Positions 60,656-64,000 of a stretch of 64,000 nt of DNA are shown piece after piece. The stretch spans positions 17,980,001 to 18,044,000 of the forward strand of contig NC_083277.1 in the NCBI RefSeq assembly GCF_963506605.1, read 5' to 3'. Within the stretch, counting starts at the first letter, position 1, and each line of letters opens with the position of its first letter. The translations under genes were made by a program, and so were the position numbers. The stretch comes from Zootoca vivipara. Taxonomy: Eukaryota. A model generated the notes under the pieces. It was not told the origin of the DNA. It saw only the letters and a program-made list of their open reading frames with translations, and did not search any database.

Positions 60656-60856
60656 GAAACTGAACATCGGACCCTTGTAAATCAGCCCCGAGAAATGGAG
60701 GAACCCATGTGGCCATGCTGATTTATCAGCCGGATGCTGGGTAAGTCTCAACTGCCCTCGAGAATTGTGATGTGGACCATGGAAATCGAGGCAGGCAATT
60801 GTAGCATGAATCAGTCGCTGGAGTGATTCAGCAGCAGCTGTCCTGTTTGCCTTCAG

Positions 60857-60969
60857 GTGACCGTTCTTGAAGCCAGCAACCGCGTGGGGGGACGAGTGGA
60901 GACGTATCGAAATGAGCAAGAAGGCTGGTATGCAGATCTGGGGCCCATGCGTTTGCCTCAGGCACACAG
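60857..60969 (+). CDS. LAAO: L-amino acid oxidase coding exon 3 (113 nt)
   Basis: cttcag acceptor, AG|GTGAGA donor; [38 protein letters not shown] (GG motif, GPMRLP); absent from the ORF track, translated by hand. Confidence 0.95.
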
Positions 60970-61579
60970 GTGAGACGGGAGGTTATTACCACACGCCTTT
61001 CACTTGATCTGCTGAGCACGCATAAATCCCGCCTTGCTCATCCGTGACTGGTCTTTCCATGGCCATGTGTCCCAGTGTGCACTTGGCTGTGTGGGAGACA
61101 AAAGAGCTGTTGGCCTGTTGCCACGAGGAAGGAAGTGTATGCTGAGTTGAAGACAATGTATGACTTTCTTGGATGTGGCCCACTAGTTGGATAAAATCTT
61201 CGCTGCGAGGCCTAAGGCAGTTTGTTTTATGTGAAAGGGACAAAGCTGATGGGAGGAGGAGGAGGAGGAGGAGCACTCATTATTCCTCCCTTCCCCAGGG
61301 TGGCAAACGTAGCTCACCTCCCTTTTGCCCCACAATGCACCTGTGAAGAAGATAAAAGTTGAGAGATAGTGACTATTTGTAAGCGCTGGGCAATGGGAAG
61401 CTGCCCAGAGTGGTTGGGGCAACCCAGTCGAATGGGTGTGGTATAATAATAATAATAATAACAACAACAACAACTACTACTACTACAACTAGGTGTTTGG
61501 GAAGTGCTGTCCACAGGGCTTACCAAACCTTTTGAGCTATCTCTCCCCACCCCCAGTCTGTTTATATATTCATTAAATA

Positions 61580-61728
61580 CAGTGCTTTTTTTCTGGGGGG
61601 GGATGCAGGGGGACGCATAGCCCTAAACATTTTGTGAATCTAAGTTTGGCCTCATTGAGGGGCAGTACTTCAATATGAGTAGGAAAATGAGAGTACCCCT
61701 AAATATTTTTTTGGGGGGGGGAGCACTG
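61580..61728. mobile_element. hAT MITE
   Basis: CAGTGCT..AGCACTG ends; TSD ATTAAATA/ATTATATA; opposite-orientation relative at ~42650-42790. Confidence 0.75.
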
Positions 61729-61857
61729 ATTATATATATTTTAGGTGGCAGGTGGATGATTAATATTCTGCAGCCTTTGAAATGTGCTTGTGTGCTCCTG
61801 TTTTGACCAATTATACGTGCTTTTATCTTGTGAACTGCCCTGAGATGAAGAGCAGTA

Positions 61858-62195
61858 CAGTCGTACCTTGGGTCTCGACTGCCTTGGCTCCTGAACAAAT
61901 CGGCTCCTGAACAATCGAAACCCATAGCTGCCAAGTTTTCCCTTTTCTTGCGAGGAAGCCTATTCAGCATAAGGGAAAATCCCTTTAAAAAAGGGATAAC
62001 TTGGCAGCTATGTCGAAACCTGGAAGTGAGTGTTCCTTTTTCGAATGGTTTCCGGAAGCTGGACCTCTGGTGCAGCTTCCAACTGGCTGCAGGAGCTTCC
62101 TGCAGCCAATAAGAAGCCGCGCTTTGGTTTCCGAACGTTTTGGAAGTCAAACGGACTTTTGGAACGGATTCCATTCGACTTCTGTGGTACGACTG
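61858..62195. mobile_element. Tigger-like MITE containing nested 90-bp hAT MITE
   Basis: CAGTCGTACC / GGTACGACTG ends with TA flanks. Confidence 0.8.
61923..62012 (-). mobile_element. 90-bp hAT MITE
   Basis: Reverse complement of 58479 copy; perfect TSD TCGAAACC. Confidence 0.93.
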
Positions 62196-62411
62196 TATAT
62201 AAACCTAGTAAATAATAATAACATAATAATAATCTCTGCTTCTGACTGTGGAAGCACAGCATATCCATCATTGCCAGTAGCAATTGCTAGCCTTGTCCTC
62301 CATGGGTTGATCTAACCCTCTTTTAAAGGCATCCAAGCTGGTGGGCAACGCTGCCTCTTGGAAGAGCAAATTCCAGTTTTGACTATGCACTGTTCCCTTC
62401 TCATGCCCTAG

Positions 62412-62613
62412 GATTGTCCGCGAATATGTCAGAAAGTTTGACCTGAGTCTGACGGAATACTTTCCAGAGGATGAGAACGCCTGGTATTTGATTGACAACA
62501 TCAGGAAGCGAGTTGGGGAGGTCAAGAGGAACCCCAGCCTCTTGAATTACACTGTGGATCCCTCAGAAGAAGGCAGAACCGCTAGTCAGCTGTATGAGGA
62601 GTCCCTCCATCGG
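62412..62613 (+). CDS. LAAO: L-amino acid oxidase coding exon 4 (202 nt); gene continues beyond window
   Basis: cctag acceptor, phase-compatible with exon 3; [67 protein letters not shown]; CGG|GTTGGC donor. Confidence 0.93.
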
Positions 62614-62776
62614 GTTGGCATACTTTTTGTGCTTCTTTTAATTGGGAAAACCTTCTGTGTCCTGTTCCAAATATTAAGACCGTAGAAGTGGAGAGAACCA
62701 AAAGCCCGTCTAGCCAACACACCCTCCTAAAATATATTGTAGAGTTGGGAAAGATTTAAATAAGGGTAACAAAAAT

Positions 62777-63126
62777 GACGCAGGTGGCGCTGTGGGTTAA
62801 ACCACAGAGCCTAGGGCTTGCTGATCAGAAGGTCAACGGTTCGAATCCCTGCGATGGGGTGAGCTCCCATTGCTTGGTCCCAGCTCCTGCCCACCTAGCT
62901 GTTCGAGAGCACCTCAAAGTGCAAGTAGATAAATAGGTACCGCTACAGCGGGAAGGTAAACGGTGTTTCCGTGTGCTGCTCTGGTTCGCCAGAAGCGGCT
63001 TTGTCATGCTGGCCACATGACCTGGAAGCTGTACGCCGGCTCCCTCTGCCAATAACATGAGATGAGCGTTGCAACCCCAGAATTGGTCATGACTGGACCT
63101 AATGTTCAGGGGTCCCTTTACCTTTA
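62777..63126 (+). mobile_element. Sauria SINE (LAAO intron 4)
   Basis: Full body and tail. Confidence 0.9.
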
Positions 63127-63389
63127 ACTAAAATGACCAAGCGACTGGAGCAACTTCTCTATGAGGGAAGGTTATTCATATGAACTCCTTGAGGCTTGCT
63201 TCTGAATAGATTGGGGGATTTTTTATTTTTACAAAGTGGAGGCATGAGGATTATGCATAGTATACAGAAAGTGGATGGGGGGTTTTCTCCCTTTTTCATA
63301 ACACTAGAACTTTGGGATATCCAGTTAAGCTGAAGGTTAGAGGATTTGGGATAGACAAAGAAAGTACTTTTTCAGGCAGCACAGCACAT

Positions 63390-63390
63390 T

Positions 63391-63429
<39 letters not shown>

Positions 63430-63756
63430 ATTTATTACTTATACCCCGTCCATCTAGCCAGGCCTCCCCAGACACTCTGGGTGGCTCCCAGCAGAATATT
63501 AAAAACATAATAAAATATCAGATATTAAAAACTTCCCTGAATGTGGCCGCCTTCAGATGTCTTCTAAAAGTCAGATAGTTGTTTATTTCCTTGACATCTG
63601 ATGGGAGGGCATTCCACAGGGCGGGTGCCACTACCAAGAAGCCCCTCTGCCTGGTTCCCTGTAACTTCACTTCTTGCAGTGAGGCCCTCGGAGCTGGGCT
63701 GAACGATGGGGGGTGGAGAAGCTCCTTCAGGTATACCGGGCTGAGGCCGTTTAGGG
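63390..63756 (-). mobile_element. L2 LINE 3' fragment with (CTA)n tail
   Basis: ALNGLSPVYLKE..VAPALWNALPSDVKEINNYLTFRRHLK. Confidence 0.85.
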
Positions 63757-64000
63757 CAGGGGTCAGCAAACTTTTTCAGCAGGGGGCCGGTCCACTGTCC
63801 CTCAGACCTTGACAAAAATATATATGAATGAATTCCTATGCCCCACAAATAACCCAGATATGCATTTTAAATAATAGGACACATTATGTTCATGTAAAAA
63901 CACCAGGCAGGCTCCCCAAATAACCCAGAGATGTATTTTAAATAAAATAACACATTCTACTCATGTAAAAACATGCTGATTTCCAGACCGTCTGCGGGCC
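63757..64000 (+). mobile_element. hAT (Charlie-like) MITE inserted in L2, cut by window end
   Basis: CAGGGGTCAGCAAAC start as at 31438. Confidence 0.8.

Overview
Eukaryotic (squamate, most likely lacertid lizard, judged from Sauria SINE, BovB, Penelope and Squam3-like repeats) genomic window with two short assembly gaps. Left two-thirds: a cluster of five single-coding-exon class II olfactory receptor genes (+,+,-,-,+) falling into three sequence types, with a shared upstream promoter/5'UTR-exon module, one copy of which has no coding exon. At ~45-49 kb: a TSD-flanked Penelope-like element carrying a nested BovB LINE that yields an in-frame double-reverse-transcriptase ORF, then an intron-containing tRNA-Leu(CAA) flanked by two convergent CTCF-like motifs. 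Right end: the first four coding exons of an L-amino acid oxidase gene closely resembling snake-venom LAAO, running off the window. Intergenic and intronic DNA is dense in LINEs (BovB, other RTE, CR1, L2, L1), SINEs, hAT and Tc1/mariner MITEs. Several insertions record unusual retrotransposition events: 5' inversions, capture of neighbouring locus DNA, and very long target-site duplications. All calls are by eye; repeat family names and many repeat boundaries are approximate.
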